From the human T2T-CHM13v2.0 reference genome, Homo sapiens, in the NCBI RefSeq assembly GCF_009914755.1, contig NC_060934.1: DNA of 64,000 nucleotides; one strand, 5' to 3'. Below, one piece after another: positions 25,206-41,830 of the stretch (positions within the stretch are counted from its first letter, which is position 1; every line of letters starts with the position of its first letter). A model generated the notes under the pieces. That model did no database searches. It was given only the letters and a program-made list of their open reading frames with translations, and was not told the DNA's origin. A program made the position numbers and the translations under genes.

Positions 25206-28200
25206 ATCCTAATCAGAGCCAACTCCAGTCTCTGAGTCTTGGTCATGAATCAAGTCCCTGGCATCAACACTTCCCATGAAGCAAAGTGATGACTACAGAG
25301 GTGTTGTCTTCCACCTTGTTCCTGGCTGCCCCTTGAGGTCACTGAGGGCCTTTCCCTCTCCCTGCAACCCTGGTGCTCCTTTCCAGGCATCCCAGTATAA
25401 TGGACCATAGACATTTACTGTTGGATTCTGGACCAGTCCTTGGGCAGCTGCACCCTTAAAACCCTAGAGTCTGGTCAGGTGCTGAATGCAGCTGCTCTTG
25501 GGAAAAGACCTGGAGCCCCACTCAAGCTGATCCCCACCACTCTGTCTTACTGAAAAGGATCACACTTGTTGTCTTCTTTTGACTTTATGAACAACCAACT
25601 CCCTCTTGGAATATATCTCTCTGACTTTTCCTTGACTGATCAGTGCATGGAAACAACTCTCACTAATCAGAGAGAACTGTCCTCCTGGGTGGTAAAAGGC
25701 GATTTGCACAGTGATTGGAAAATAATATTTTTTTATATCTAATCCATAATTAGGTCTTGGAGAAACAAATTAAGTGAAGGCGAAATCATGTTTCTTTAAA
25801 GCATGAATACTGATCTGCATAATTATGTACATTTAATGGTTTTAATTTCCAAGGGAAACTATTTTTAAAATGAGTTCGGAAAATGTATTTTTCCCTTCAA
25901 TTCTATGTCTATAAAGTTAAGTCCCCAGGCTTGATACTGCATTGACCCAACCTGAAATCCTAGCTAATTAGTGATGACATTTTAAACCTAATACAGCAAA
26001 AGTATCTTCCACCTCTGAGGGCATCCTGCCATGCCAGGTAAAGAATAAATGCAAGAAAGAGAATCCCCAAAGTGTGGTGCCTGGGGACTTGCTCTCTCTC
26101 GCCCCATATCACCATTACATTCTCAAGTCTCCAGGCCTAAGTCTTCTCAGTGGGGCTCTTGATGGTAACAGTTGTGTTATTATGAATATATAAGACAGCA
26201 TTCTGACATCCATTTTTGTTAGTAGCACCCTATTTTACCTCAGTGAGAGGTGGTGTCATAACAGGAAACTTGCAGTCAGACAGCCCTGCTGACTTAAGTT
26301 TGTTTAGGCACGAATAAGATACATGAAAAGTGCTGACCATCAGTTGTTTTTGACCTATATAAATGGCAATTTTATATTGTTCAGCTTTATTAGATGCCTG
26401 ACATATGGCAAGAACTCAGTAGATTTTAGGTGTTATTATTATTGTCATTGGCCTGATTTGTGCAACTCACTGTAAGTGGAAATAGTGCTACTGCCTACTT
26501 TCTAGGTTGTTGGGAAAATTAGATTAAAGTAGATAAGATAATGTGTCTGTCACTCCCCCTGGCACACAAGCCAGTTTCAAAACAATTTAGCTCCTTCTTT
26601 TTGCCCATTTTGGGTTTCCACCATTCATTTTCTGCCAGGTAAACTATAACAACTCAACAGAAGTCACAAAGAGCCCTGCATCCTTTAATCATCAAGCCTT
26701 TCAGTGTCTTGGAAAAACATATGAGACTGGTCACACACACACAGTATTGGCTAGTGAGACAGAAGTCAACAATGTCAACAATAAGTATACATTTGCAACA
26801 CGTTCTATAGTGTCTCAAGCACAATTTCCTCAATTTTCCTGTTTTATCTTCCCTAAGGGCTCCAGAAAGTGAGAATTATGCCTGGATTTCCTGTTCAGTA
26901 GCCATTCTGCTCTACTGCAGCAATTTGAGGTTCCCTGGCTTTGGTAAAATGTTGTTGCCAGAGCATCAGCAGGGCCATCAAACTTTACCCAAAGCACCAA
27001 GATTCTCAGATGATAACACAGGTCAGAAGGCATTTCGTCAAAGTGGACAAATCTGCACTCACACCCATGAGCTGTGGCTTCAGCACCATGCACTGAGAAC
27101 CCAATAACAGCACCTCTAACCTGAAGTTAAAGCCTTTGGTTTTTCAGTCCTTGATGAATTCTTGGCCAGCTCTTCAAAAAACAAAAAGGCTCTGAGCTCA
27201 GCTGAGCAAATTAAAAAGTAACTTTTTACGGGTATCCCAGGAAGAAGGAAGCACTTGCCATGCACTATTTCAATTTTTCCACTCAACAGTGCCTGCCTCC
27301 AGTTTTACAATTCTCAATGAGCTCCAAAGAAGCTAACCAGTTAGCTCCTGGTCATATATCAAGTGTCATGTGTTAAACACTAATGGTTTTATCTCACGTC
27401 CCCAAACCAAAGATAGCAGCTTTAGAAACAGCTTGTTTGGGCTTCAGCACAATTAGGGATGTGTAGAGAGGAGAAATTGACTCCTGGAGTTCTTTCCAGT
27501 TTCTGATCACCCATTCAAACAAGTATTTACTGAGCCCTTTCTATGCAGGTGCTGCATTGGGGACTAGAGAGCCAATGCTAAGCCAAGGACAAGGTCACTG
27601 CTCTCACAGTGCCCACGGTGTGCAGAGGTAACAGGCATACAAATTAGCAATTACACCGTTGTGCTGTGCAAGTAAGTGCAGGGCAGCCAACCTAACCCAG
27701 CATCATCAGGGGAGGCCCCTAAAGAAGAGGCAATGACAAGGAGTTCTAAACGGTGCTAGCCAGCTTAAGGGAGGAAGCTGGGATAGAGGCCAGGAGACAG
27801 ATAAAACCACTATGGGTCCCCAGTTGGTCAGCATCCAACAGAACACACTCTGAACACTTTAGGGTGCAAATTGCCATGGTGGCCCCTCTGTCTGCCAGAC
27901 AGTCCCTATGCCATGCTCCCCCCACACCCCCCAAAACACACACACACTTTCAAAGTCTCATTTGGCGGTTTACTGGATTATTCCAAACCATTCTGCAATT
28001 CAGAATTGTGAAGCTACCACAGGAACAGAAAACAAAAGAAATGCTTAAGACAGGGAAACATTGTTATCAGCCTACTTGAAATGTAGTTTGCTCCTCTCCA
28101 ATATGTTGAAAACATTGAAAAGCCTTCCCAAATATCTCAAACATCTGCTGAGTGGGCCAAATACTTCCTCCCATTTGCTCCACCCACAGTCGCTGTATCC

Positions 28201-31200
28201 ATCATGCTTCAGATTAAGTGACACTCAATTACAACATGTACAATTTTGCACCGCATTCCTCTATCAAGGGCTCATGCTGGAGCAGTCCTTTCCCCACTGT
28301 CTCCTGGGTGTGCACAGTGATGTCGATGAAATGCATATGCATGATAATTAAATTTGACATAATTACTTTTCCAAATGATCACTGACACTCCATTGTTCCA
28401 AAAGGACTAATCCTCAGAGCTTCCAAACCCAGTCTGGAAATTTCTGGATCTAAATGAGATTTCAAATAATGTAATTTATAATAACCAAGATCCCCAATGA
28501 ACATTTTAATATATTCTTTCTTTGTTACAGTCATTTGACGGTAAATCCAACTGAATTAGAATTCTCCTAGGGTGTAGAGCTTCCTGTCTGGGGGTGCCAG
28601 CTGGGATGTCCCAGACATTCTACTGTGGACCTTGAATTTGTGAGTTGCTCCCCAGTCTGCCCCAATGTGGGAACTGTGCCTCAATCAGCTTTCTCCTTTC
28701 AGATAAGCCCTAGACTGCTGCGTGTGCCAGAGAGAGGGCAAAAGGCTGCCAGCTCCCTATCCCTACCTGCTGACCAAAAAAGCGACAGAGGCTTTCACAG
28801 ACATGAGAAACCAGGAAGAGAGAGGGCAATGGGGAAGAGAAGAAAGTCCCCCTGTCTTGAAGTCATAACAATGCACAAGTGATCAACTCAGTTTGGAGCG
28901 TGGGAAGAAGTGAGTGCCTGTTGTGAGCCAGGTGACTTGTCAGGTGCCTGATACACATTTGCTCACTGATTTAGCAGAATCATCCTAGGAGACAGACAGG
29001 AGGCCCCTGAGTAGCCTCAGGGTTAAAACCTAGTCCAAAGTCACAGCTAGGATTTGCAACTATGTGTATAAGACTACAAACCCCACACTATTTCTGGCAA
29101 CTGGGAAACTGCAGCAGAGCACAGCATCCAGGGATAATGGAGGGGTGGACAGCAAACAGGCAAAGTCCTCCTGTGGTCAGAGCAAGAGTGACGTCCTTCT
29201 CCAGAAACTGAGACTTCATTTCTGGGAGAATGGGCATGGAGGACTAGAGTCTTGGTCTTTTTGCCAGTGACCCCAAGTCAGCTGCCCACCTTGCAGTCCT
29301 CATCTCATTTTCTTAATTTTCCTACTTGTGCTCTCTGTATTTTACATCTTGGAATAAAGGAAGGCACACCCATCTGCCCAAGGATGCCCACTGAGATAAC
29401 AGGTCCCAGATACATTTTCTCTTACGAGGAAGAGCAAGCAATACCATCAACTTTTGTGAGGCTGTGAGAGGGCAGGCTGTAGGGGGACCCTTTTGTTCTT
29501 CCTCTCACCAAAGCCCCTGGCACACTGATGTCTGACACTCCATTTTCTCATCATACTCTATCCCACTACCTTCTGATTTACATAATGCAACTTATCTCAG
29601 GAAATGTTTTCCAAATCCTATGTTGATTTCTCATAACTGTGACAATTTATCTGGTTAGGAAAACTTCAAGTGACAAAACATGACCTGCAGACATCACCAA
29701 CATGGGTCTCATTTGTAATGCACATTTTTACCTTACTCACTGGAAATGGACAGCACAAATGGCACTCACATGGTGATGCAGGTATCCCTCCTATTTTTAA
29801 GCAGTGTCCTCTGCATTTGTTAGAATCATCAGTAGACAGATTTGAGTATGTATAACATTTATTAACTGTAACATTAGCTCTGACATTTCAGTTTAATCAG
29901 TGTTACTACAGACAAGTGAAGTAATTCTCTTGTACTCGCACATAAACAGTATTATCTTTTCCTTTCCAAAAGGTACCAATTCATGATCTAAGGCACTTGG
30001 GAAATAATTTCATCTCTGTGTGGGGAGGCAGATGAAAAAAATCCAGCAAAGTCTCTGAGAGACTCCATTTAAAGATTAAATAATAGATAAATTACAGATG
30101 AGGCCACAGAGAAGGAGCCCTCTGGAGACTGCTGGATTTTTCAATATTAGTTCTTAATAAAAGCCAAAGAGATGCGTTTTCTGCCTGTAAAACTCCAGTT
30201 TGTTCAGGAACAGGATGATGAGCCCCTGAAGTGGTGAGTCTTTCCATGAAGAGTGACAGGAGGTGACCAAAATGCTCAGTAAATCCTTCCCAGGCCAAGG
30301 GGCAACTGTGTTCAATAATCAGAGGGATCCAGTTTCATTCTAGGCTGCCAAGCACTGACTTCCCTGCAAAGTGATGGTTCTCAAAGGGCAGCACAGAATC
30401 CCCCCGAGGAGTGGAATTTTAAGTAGGGGCACATCTGGCAAATGAACTCACCACAGGGCCTCAGGATAAATTCAGAGCCTTCAAATGGCCCCGCATAGCA
30501 CTTTTTGGTAGCATTCACAAGTCCTCAGTGAAGCCCAAAGTGGGCAGAGAGAGTAAGCCCAGAATGGACAAGGTTCCCCTGGTCCCTTTAAGAACCAGTC
30601 ATCTTGATGTGGGGAAAGTCAGCCACCTGGGCTGCTGCAGGTGAACCCCGTGCCCTGCAGGGGTCCAGCACAATACAGGGCCCAGGAAATGATGGTTAGA
30701 CACAGGCACATGTTCTAAAGTTATCCGAAAGCCTCACAAACACATGTGGGCTTTATTTCTGAGTCTAAGTTAGTAAACCCATGACTTCAAGTTTATCTTC
30801 CTCTCCACTAAGTTAGTACCTTCATGTCACTCTCAAAAAACAGCTGTTTGTGAAGCTACAGTTTACTCTGCACATAGCTTGCATTGTGTTTAACATTGCA
30901 TGCATGTCAGCCATAGTACAGGCCCATACACAATTCAAGGAAAAGAGAATGGGAAAATTGAAAACAAAACTCAGGGTTACTTAATTTAAAATTCCACTTG
31001 TCTGAAAATAGAAAGGGTCATCAGACTATATAACAGAAATGCAGCAGGGATTTTTCTTTGCCCCAAAGAGGACAAAGCAAGTGGTTAGATGGTTTCTTTG
31101 AGGATTCCAGTACATCTTTATACCTGATATTTATTTAGAATTTAGGATGGTTGCAGGTGCTGAAAAGAGTAACTGATGTATGAATATATCCCATTTAATC

Positions 31201-31528
31201 CTCAAAACAACCCCATAATTTTGTATTATGTTGTATTATCTCAATTTTCAAGCAGATGAAACTGAGGCTCATAGAAGTTGAATAACTAGTCCATGGTCAC
31301 ACAGCAAGAAAATGGGTCAACTAGGACATGGTATTTGCTTCTGAATTCCATGTGTAAGTGATCATGATTACCCTTAGAAAGCTCTGCATCCAGAGGGAGA
31401 TTTAGCTGCACGGGCTGGCTTAGGCCTCAAGACCCTCCTGTTGCTCTGGCAATGCTGATTATCAGGGAAGGTCCTAGCAATGTGTTCCCATGTGTCTCCA
31501 GTTTAGTAATATTTGAAAAAGTAGGATA

Positions 31529-31886
31529 CAAGTTGAGCACCTCTAATCTGAAAATGCAAAATCCAAAATGCTCCAAAATGTGAAACATTTTGAGCATTGA
31601 CATGACACAAATGGAAAATTCTATACCTGACCTCATGTAACACATTGCTGTCAAAATGCAGTCAAAATTTTGTTTCATGCAGAAAATTATTTATGATATT
31701 CTATAAAATTACCTTCAGGCCATGCATATAAGGTGTATGTGAAACATAAATGAATCTCATGTTTAGACTTAGGTCCCATCCCCAAGATATCACATTATTT
31801 ATATGCAAATATTCCCAAATCAGAAAAAATCAGAAATCCAAAACACTTCTGGTCCCAAGCATTTCGGATAAAGAACACTCAATCTG
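31529..31886. mobile_element. Tigger4b/MER46B-like (TcMar-Tigger) MITE
   Basis: TA-CAAGTTGAGCACCTCTAATCTGAAAAT ... CCCAAGCATTTCGGATAAAGAACACTCAATCTG. 358 bp with TIRs. Confidence 0.85.
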
Positions 31887-32315
31887 AACTTAACTGGAAT
31901 CAATTCAGACCACTGTTCCACCCAACTTCCTGTTAGCCACACTTTTTCTTGTATCTACTGCTGTAGGATCCACTGTCAGAAATTTTAGGAAGCTAAGTTT
32001 TGGGTCTGAGTTTAGTGGGATACTTTCCCATGGTCTAGTTTCACTTCCATGCATAGAAAACATATTGCTGGCTGCCAGAGGGGGACGATTTTAACTGCTG
32101 TCATGCTGACTCAACTGGTCTCATACCACAGAGGTGCACAGGTGAGGTTGTGTCGTGGCAGTACATGTGCTGCAGCCCTGGCATCACAAGTATGTGGTGG
32201 TAGAGGAGAAACAAGGTTTGAAATAAACCAAGTAAGAAGCCAGCCATGGAAAAATCTTCCAAATCTTCCACCTCACAAAAGAAACTTGGAAGGGTTTCCT
32301 TAAATTTGACAATAG

Positions 32316-32605
32316 GGACTGGGCACAGTGGCTCACGCCTATAATCCCAGCACTTTGAGAGACTGAGGCGTGAGGACTGCATAAGCCCAAGAGTTCGAGA
32401 CCAGCTTGGGCAATGTGGTGAAACCCCATTTCTATAGAAAATTTAAAAATTAGCCTGGTGGGGTGGCATGTGCCTGTTGTCACAGTTACTTAGGAGGCTG
32501 AAGTGGGAGGATCAATTGAACCCAGGAGGTTGAGGCTGCATTGAGCTGTGCTCACCCCACTGCACTCCACTCTGGGAAACAGAGCGAGATTTGTCTAAAA
32601 AAAAA
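32316..32605 (+). mobile_element. AluJ SINE
   Basis: Dimeric Alu with J diagnostics (GGAGGATCAATTGAACCCAGGAGGTTGAGGCTGCA). Shared flank TGACAATAG at 32307-32315 and 32606-32614. Confidence 0.92.
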
Positions 32606-32840
32606 TGACAATAGTTTTAAATTTACAACACATTACCAATGATAAGAAACCAAACAAAACTTTTCTAAACAACTACTAATAAAAAACTTTCAATCAACCA
32701 TACCAGAGGAAAGATGAAATAATCTTGCTCTTCTCTCTATGGGACATTAAATTCAAAAGGATTATCATATGAGGAGAGGATCAAAGAGTAGCCAAAAATG
32801 ACAGGGGAGAAATTATTATGGAACTGTGTGAAAGGCAGAT

Positions 32841-32843
<3 letters not shown>

Positions 32844-32887
<44 letters not shown>
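32844..32887. repeat. (TG)22 microsatellite
   Basis: Perfect dinucleotide run. Confidence 0.97.
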
Positions 32888-32891
<4 letters not shown>

Positions 32892-34214
32892 ATTTTGTTG
32901 TATCTGTCAGGTTTTTCATGTTTTTTAGTATATTTTATTATAATTTTTTCTCATTAAATATTCACTTTCATACCTGATTTTACATTCACAATTTCATATT
33001 CTTTTCCTTAAAGTAAAACCTTTGAAACTGCATACACTTCAAGTCTTAGAAAGCCTGGATCTGCCCTGCCTGTGTGTAACTAGAGGGGAAGAGCCTTCCT
33101 CTGTATATGCCAAGAATATATCCATGCCCCTCTTGTTTCCTGTAGTCAAATCCACGTCTGTCATTGTCAAATTCCAATAAGGTTTATAATTTCTTGGGAA
33201 TGAACATTAGCGCATTTGGCAGAGTTATTCCCAGAACTCGAGATCAGGAGAAGCTGGGCCACTCAGGCACAGCTATTTGTCTTATGAAAGTTGTAGCTAA
33301 TATTTCCCTTTTTACTTTGACCGCTAGGAAATGTAGAGCCAAGTTGGCGAAATGTAGCAATTGTATAAACTCATATAAGTTACACTTCTATGAGCCTATC
33401 CTCCTCCCACACCATCACCCCCAATCCTATCCCCAACTTTATTAATTTCTTGTCCTCCATTACCCAGGCTGCAATTCCACCAGTTATTTTTTTCTGATCC
33501 ATTTTTGGGTGTGTTAGCTGACTCAAGTTCTTTACTGAATCATATTCATTAAAAATTCAAATAATTTAAATAGCATATCTAATATACAAGCAGCATGCTT
33601 ATTTTTATGATGGGAAAAAGAACTTTGTTAAATGAATAGATAGACAAATACGACCTGAAAGTTCTGAGTCATTTTCATTTTGCTGAAGTTTTGGGCCTGT
33701 TGTTAATCATTCCATGGGCAAGAGTCACTGGGTCAGGGAGATGGAAAAGGGGCAAGGAGGAATTCAAGGGAAAGCGGTGGGCATTTCTTCAGTTGTCTTT
33801 TTGTCTTTTCATATGCTTGACAGCTGGCAATTTCCTCTGACTTCATGCACACACTTCCCAAATGTGGCTCCTATTCCACCTTTGATATTTCTTTTGGCTG
33901 CTGCACCCATCCCGTCCTGATGCAGAATCATTTGGCAGAAGTTGAAAAGCATGAGATGTTTGTTGAGAGCTCTCTGCTCACAAAAGGCTATGGCTGGTGC
34001 CACAGCTATAGTGACTACACAGGCACATTAGACACATTGAGCCTTTACATTGCTGTTTGCAGAAAAAAATCCTGTTGACAAGGGATGCAAACCACAAAAG
34101 CTTGGAAAGCAAAATCACAGAGTTAAGAGATGCATAGTAATCCCCAAACAGAACAGGAAATGCAAACCCCAGAGACTTTGGTGGAAAGTTTTCTCACCTT
34201 CCCAGGAAATCCCG

Positions 34215-35270
34215 AGCTAAAATCGATTAAAAGGAAATGAAAGCTGAGAATGTTTTTTCCATGACCAACCCCTAAGGAAGTGTGGAAAATATGAAGTATT
34301 CAATAAATGGTGTTGGAATAACTGGATGACCATCTGGAAAAATATTAAGTGGAATCCATTTTTCACACAACACACAATACACCAGGATGAATTCCAAAAA
34401 ATCAAGGATTTAAACACATCAAATTGAAACTATAAAATTTCTAGAAGGTAACATTGAAAAATTATTTAAAATGTAGAGAGCATAAAAGAAGAAAATAGTA
34501 ATTGGACTACGTGAAAACCTTCCAAGTGGTAAAAAAAAAAATGATAATAACAAAAAGAAAATCCAAAAGACAAACAATATTCTGATGAAAATATTGGCAA
34601 TGTCCAATGCAAAGGGTAATCTCTTTGATGTATAAAACTCCTATAAATAAACAAGAAAGGCACAGATCAACAATTCAGTTTTTAATCTGGAAAAATTATA
34701 AGACTAGCCATTAACAGAAAAGGAAAACAAATGCCTCTAAAACATTTGAAAAGATACACAGCCTCATACAGGATAAAGAAAAATACATTTTTCAATTATT
34801 CTGTGTTACCATTTTTCACCTAACAGGTTGGCAAAAATCCCAGTTTGGTAAAGCACTGCAGTAACAAGGCTATAAGGAAATTGGAACCCCAATGCATTGT
34901 TGACAGATATAGAAATTGACCCAACATCTGTGGAGGCAACTTGGCAATATTTAGCAAAGTCACAAACACACATATACAAATCCTTGTAACCAGTAATTAT
35001 ATTTTTAGGTATTTTTCTTAAAGTTATTCTCACACACTTGTGAATTAATATATGGTCAAAGTCATTTATTCAATACTCTTTTCAGAAGATTGGAAATAGC
35101 TTAAATGTCCATCAATTGGGTGTTGGTAAAATAAATCATGCTCTATTCACTCAAAGGAAAGTATTGTACTTGTAAACAAACAAAAAGACTATAGTAATGT
35201 ACCTGTAAAAAAAAGAATCAAGAAGTTCTTTCTGAACTAATATGAAAATAACTGCAGGAAAAATGGTGAA
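34215..35270 (+). mobile_element. Ancient L1M ORF2 3' fragment
   Basis: TTCAATAAATGGTGTTGGAATAACTGGATGACCATCTGGAAAAA, TGTGGAGGCAACTTGGCAATAT, AAATGTCCATCAAT. Confidence 0.75.
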
Positions 35271-35272
35271 GA

Positions 35273-35451
35273 GGCCATGGAATATTATGCAGCCATAAAA
35301 AGGGAATAAAATCATGTCCTTTGCAGCAACATGGGTGCAGCTGGAGGCCATTATCCTAAGCAAATTAATACCAGAACAGAAGACCAAATACTGCATGTTC
35401 TCACTCATAAGTGGGAGATAAATGTGGGGTACACATGAATATAAAGATGGC
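35273..35451 (+). mobile_element. L1PA15/16-like 3' fragment, left part (split by L1PA3)
   Basis: CCATGGAATATTATGCAGCCATAAAAAG..TGCATGTTCTCACTCATAAGTGGGAG. Continues at 41619 after the TSD. Confidence 0.8.
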
Positions 35452-36487
35452 GGGAGCTGGAGCCAAGATGGCTGAATAGGAACAGCTCCGGTCTACAGCT
35501 CCCAGCGTGAGCGACGCAGAAGACGGGTGATTTCTGCATTTCCATCTGGGGTACCGGGTTCATCTCACTAGGGAGTGCCAGACAGTGGGTGCAGGACAGT
35601 GGGTGCAGCACACCATGTGCGAGCCGAAGCAGGGCGAGGCATTGCCTCACTCGGAAGTGCAAGGGGTCAGGGAGTTCCCTTTCCGAGTCAAAGAAAGGGG
35701 TAACAGACGGCACCTGGGAAATCGGGTCACACCCACCCCAATACTGTGCTTTTCCAACAGGCTTAAAAAATGGCACACCAGGAGATTATATCCTGCACCT
35801 GGCTCGGAGGGTCCTACACCCACGGAGTCTCGCTGATTGCTAACAAAGCAGTCTGAGATCAAACTGCAAGGCGGCAGTGAGGCTGGGGGAGGGGCGCCTG
35901 CCATTGCCCAGGCTTGCTTAGGTAAACAAAGCAGCAGGGAAGCTCCAACTGGGTGGAGCCCACCACAGCTCAAGGAGGCCTGCCTGCCTCTGTAGGCTCC
36001 ACCTCTGGGGGCAGGGCACAGACAAACAAAAACACGGCAGTAACCTCTGCAGACTTAAATGTCCCTGTCTGACAGCTTTGAAGAGAGCAGTGGTTCTCCC
36101 AGCATGCAGCTGGAGATCTGAGAACGGGCAGACTGCCTCCTCAAGTGGGACCCTAACCCCTGACCCCTGAGCAGCCTAACTGAGAGGCACCCCCCAGTAG
36201 GGGCAGACTGACACCTCACACGGCCGGGTACTCCTCTGAGACAAAACTTCCAGAGGAACGATCGGACAGCAGCATTCGCGGTTCACGAAAATCTGCTGTT
36301 CTGCAGCCACCGCTGCTGGTACCCAGGCAAACAGGGTCTGGAGTGGACCTCTAGCAAACTCCAACACACTGGCAGCTGAGGGTCCTGTCTGTTAGAAGGA
36401 AAACTAACAAACAGAAAGGACATCCACACCAAAAACCCATCTATACATCACCATCATCAAAGACGAAAAGTAGATAAAACCACAAAG
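35452..36487 (+). promoter_or_regulatory. L1 5'UTR (internal sense and antisense promoter region)
   Basis: 1036 bp, CpG-containing. YY1-site core AAGATGGC at 35465-35472. Includes the extra ~128-bp segment 36235-36362. Confidence 0.85.
35647..35904 (-). CDS. LINE-1 antisense ORF0 homolog (85 aa open frame)
   Basis: MAGAPPPASLPPCSLISDC..SNQRDSVGVGPSEPG matches the ORF0p N-terminus. ATG at 35904. Expression is not shown. Confidence 0.6.
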   Translation of the reverse strand: MAGAPPPASLPPCSLISDCFVSNQRDSVGVGPSEPGAGYNLLVCHFLSLLEKHSIGVGVTRFPRCRLLPLSLTRKGNSLTPCTSE

Positions 36488-37499
36488 ATGGGGAAAAAAA
36501 AGAGCAGAAAAACTGGAAACTAAAAAGCAGAGCACCTCTCCTCCTCCAAAGGAATGCAGCTCCTCATGAGCAACGGAACAAAGCTGGACGGAGAATGCCT
36601 TTGACAAGTTGAGAGAAGAAGGCTTCAGACGATCAAACTACTCCGAGCTACAGGAGGAAATTCAAACCAAAGGCAAAGAAGTTGAAAACTTTGAAAAAAA
36701 CTTAGACGAATGTATAACTAGAATAACCAATACAGAGAAGTGCTTAAAGGAACTGATGGAGCTGAAAGCCAAGGCTCGAGAACTACGTGAAGAATGCAGA
36801 AGCCTCGGGAGCCAATGCGATCAACTAGAAGAAAGGGTATCAGTGATGGAAGATGAAATGAATGAAATGAAGTGAGAAGGGAAGTTTAGAGAAAAAAGAA
36901 TAAAAAGAAACGAACAAAGCCTCCAAGAAATATGGGACTATGTGAAAAGACCAAATCTACGTCTGATTGGTGTACCTGAAAGTGACGGGGAGAATGGAAC
37001 CAAGATGGAAAACACTCTGCAGGGTATTATCCAGGAGAACCCCAGCCTAGCAAGGCAGGCCAACATTCAGATTCAGGAAATACAGAGAACGCCACAAAGA
37101 TACTCCTCGAGAAGAGCAACTCCAACACACATAATTGTCAGATTCACCAAAGTTGAAATGAAGGAAAAAATGTTAAGGGCAGCCAGAGAGAAAGGTCGGG
37201 TTACCCACAAAGGGAAGCCCATCAGACTAACATCGGATCTCTCGGCAGAAACTCTACAAGCCAGAAGAGAGTGGGGGCCAATATTCAACACTCTTAAGGA
37301 AAAGAATTTTCAACCCAGAATTTCATATCCAGCCAAACTAAGATTCATAAGTGAAGGAGAAATAAAATACTTTACAGACAAGCAAATGCTGAGAGATTTT
37401 GTCACCACGAGGCCTGCCCTGAAAGAGCTCCTGAAGGAAGCACTAAACATGGAAAGGAACAACCGATACCAGCCACTGCAAAATCATGCCAAATTGTAA
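36488..37499 (+). pseudogene. LINE-1 ORF1p, disrupted
   Basis: ATGGGGAAAAAA start, 2-bp deletion near 36520, TGA at 36873-36875 (from CGA). C-terminal ..LKELLKEALNMERNNRYQPLQNHAKL*. Confidence 0.95.
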
Positions 37500-37562
37500 A
37501 GACCATCGAGGCTAGGAAGAAACTGCATCAACTAACGAGCAAAATAACCAGCTAACATCATA

Positions 37563-41389
<3,827 letters not shown>

Positions 41390-41618
41390 ACAATGAGAAC
41401 ACATGGACACAGGAAGGGGAACATCACACTGTGGGGACTGTTGTGGGGTCGGGGGAGGGAGGAGGGATAGCTTTAGGAGATATACGTGATGCTAAATGAT
41501 GAGTTAATGGGTGCAGTACACCAGCATGGCACATGTATACATATGTAACTAACCTGCACATTGTGCACATGTACCCTAAAATCTTAAAGTATAATAATAA
41601 TAAAATAAAATTTAAAAA

Positions 41619-41830
41619 AAAGATGGCAACAATAGACACTGGGGACTCCTAGAGGAGGAAGGGAGGGGAGAGTGGCAAGTGTTGCAGAACTAACTATTGG
41701 GTACTATGCTCACTACCTAGGTAATGAGATCCATCGTAGCCCAAACTTCAGCATCACACAATATAACCATGTAAGAAACCTGCACCTATACCCCCCGAAT
41801 CTAAAATAATAGTTGAAATCATTTAAAAAT
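41619..41830 (+). mobile_element. L1PA15/16-like 3'UTR, right part
   Basis: AAAGATGGCAACAATAGACACTGGGGAC..TATTGGGTACTATGCTCACTACCT..AACCTGCAC..CCCCGAATCTAAAATAA. Confidence 0.85.

Noticed and set aside
26821-27110. Long pyrimidine tract plus AAG, a possible lncRNA exon start at 26858
   Set aside because: Suboptimal AAG acceptor and only weak donors downstream. Cannot be supported without RNA data.
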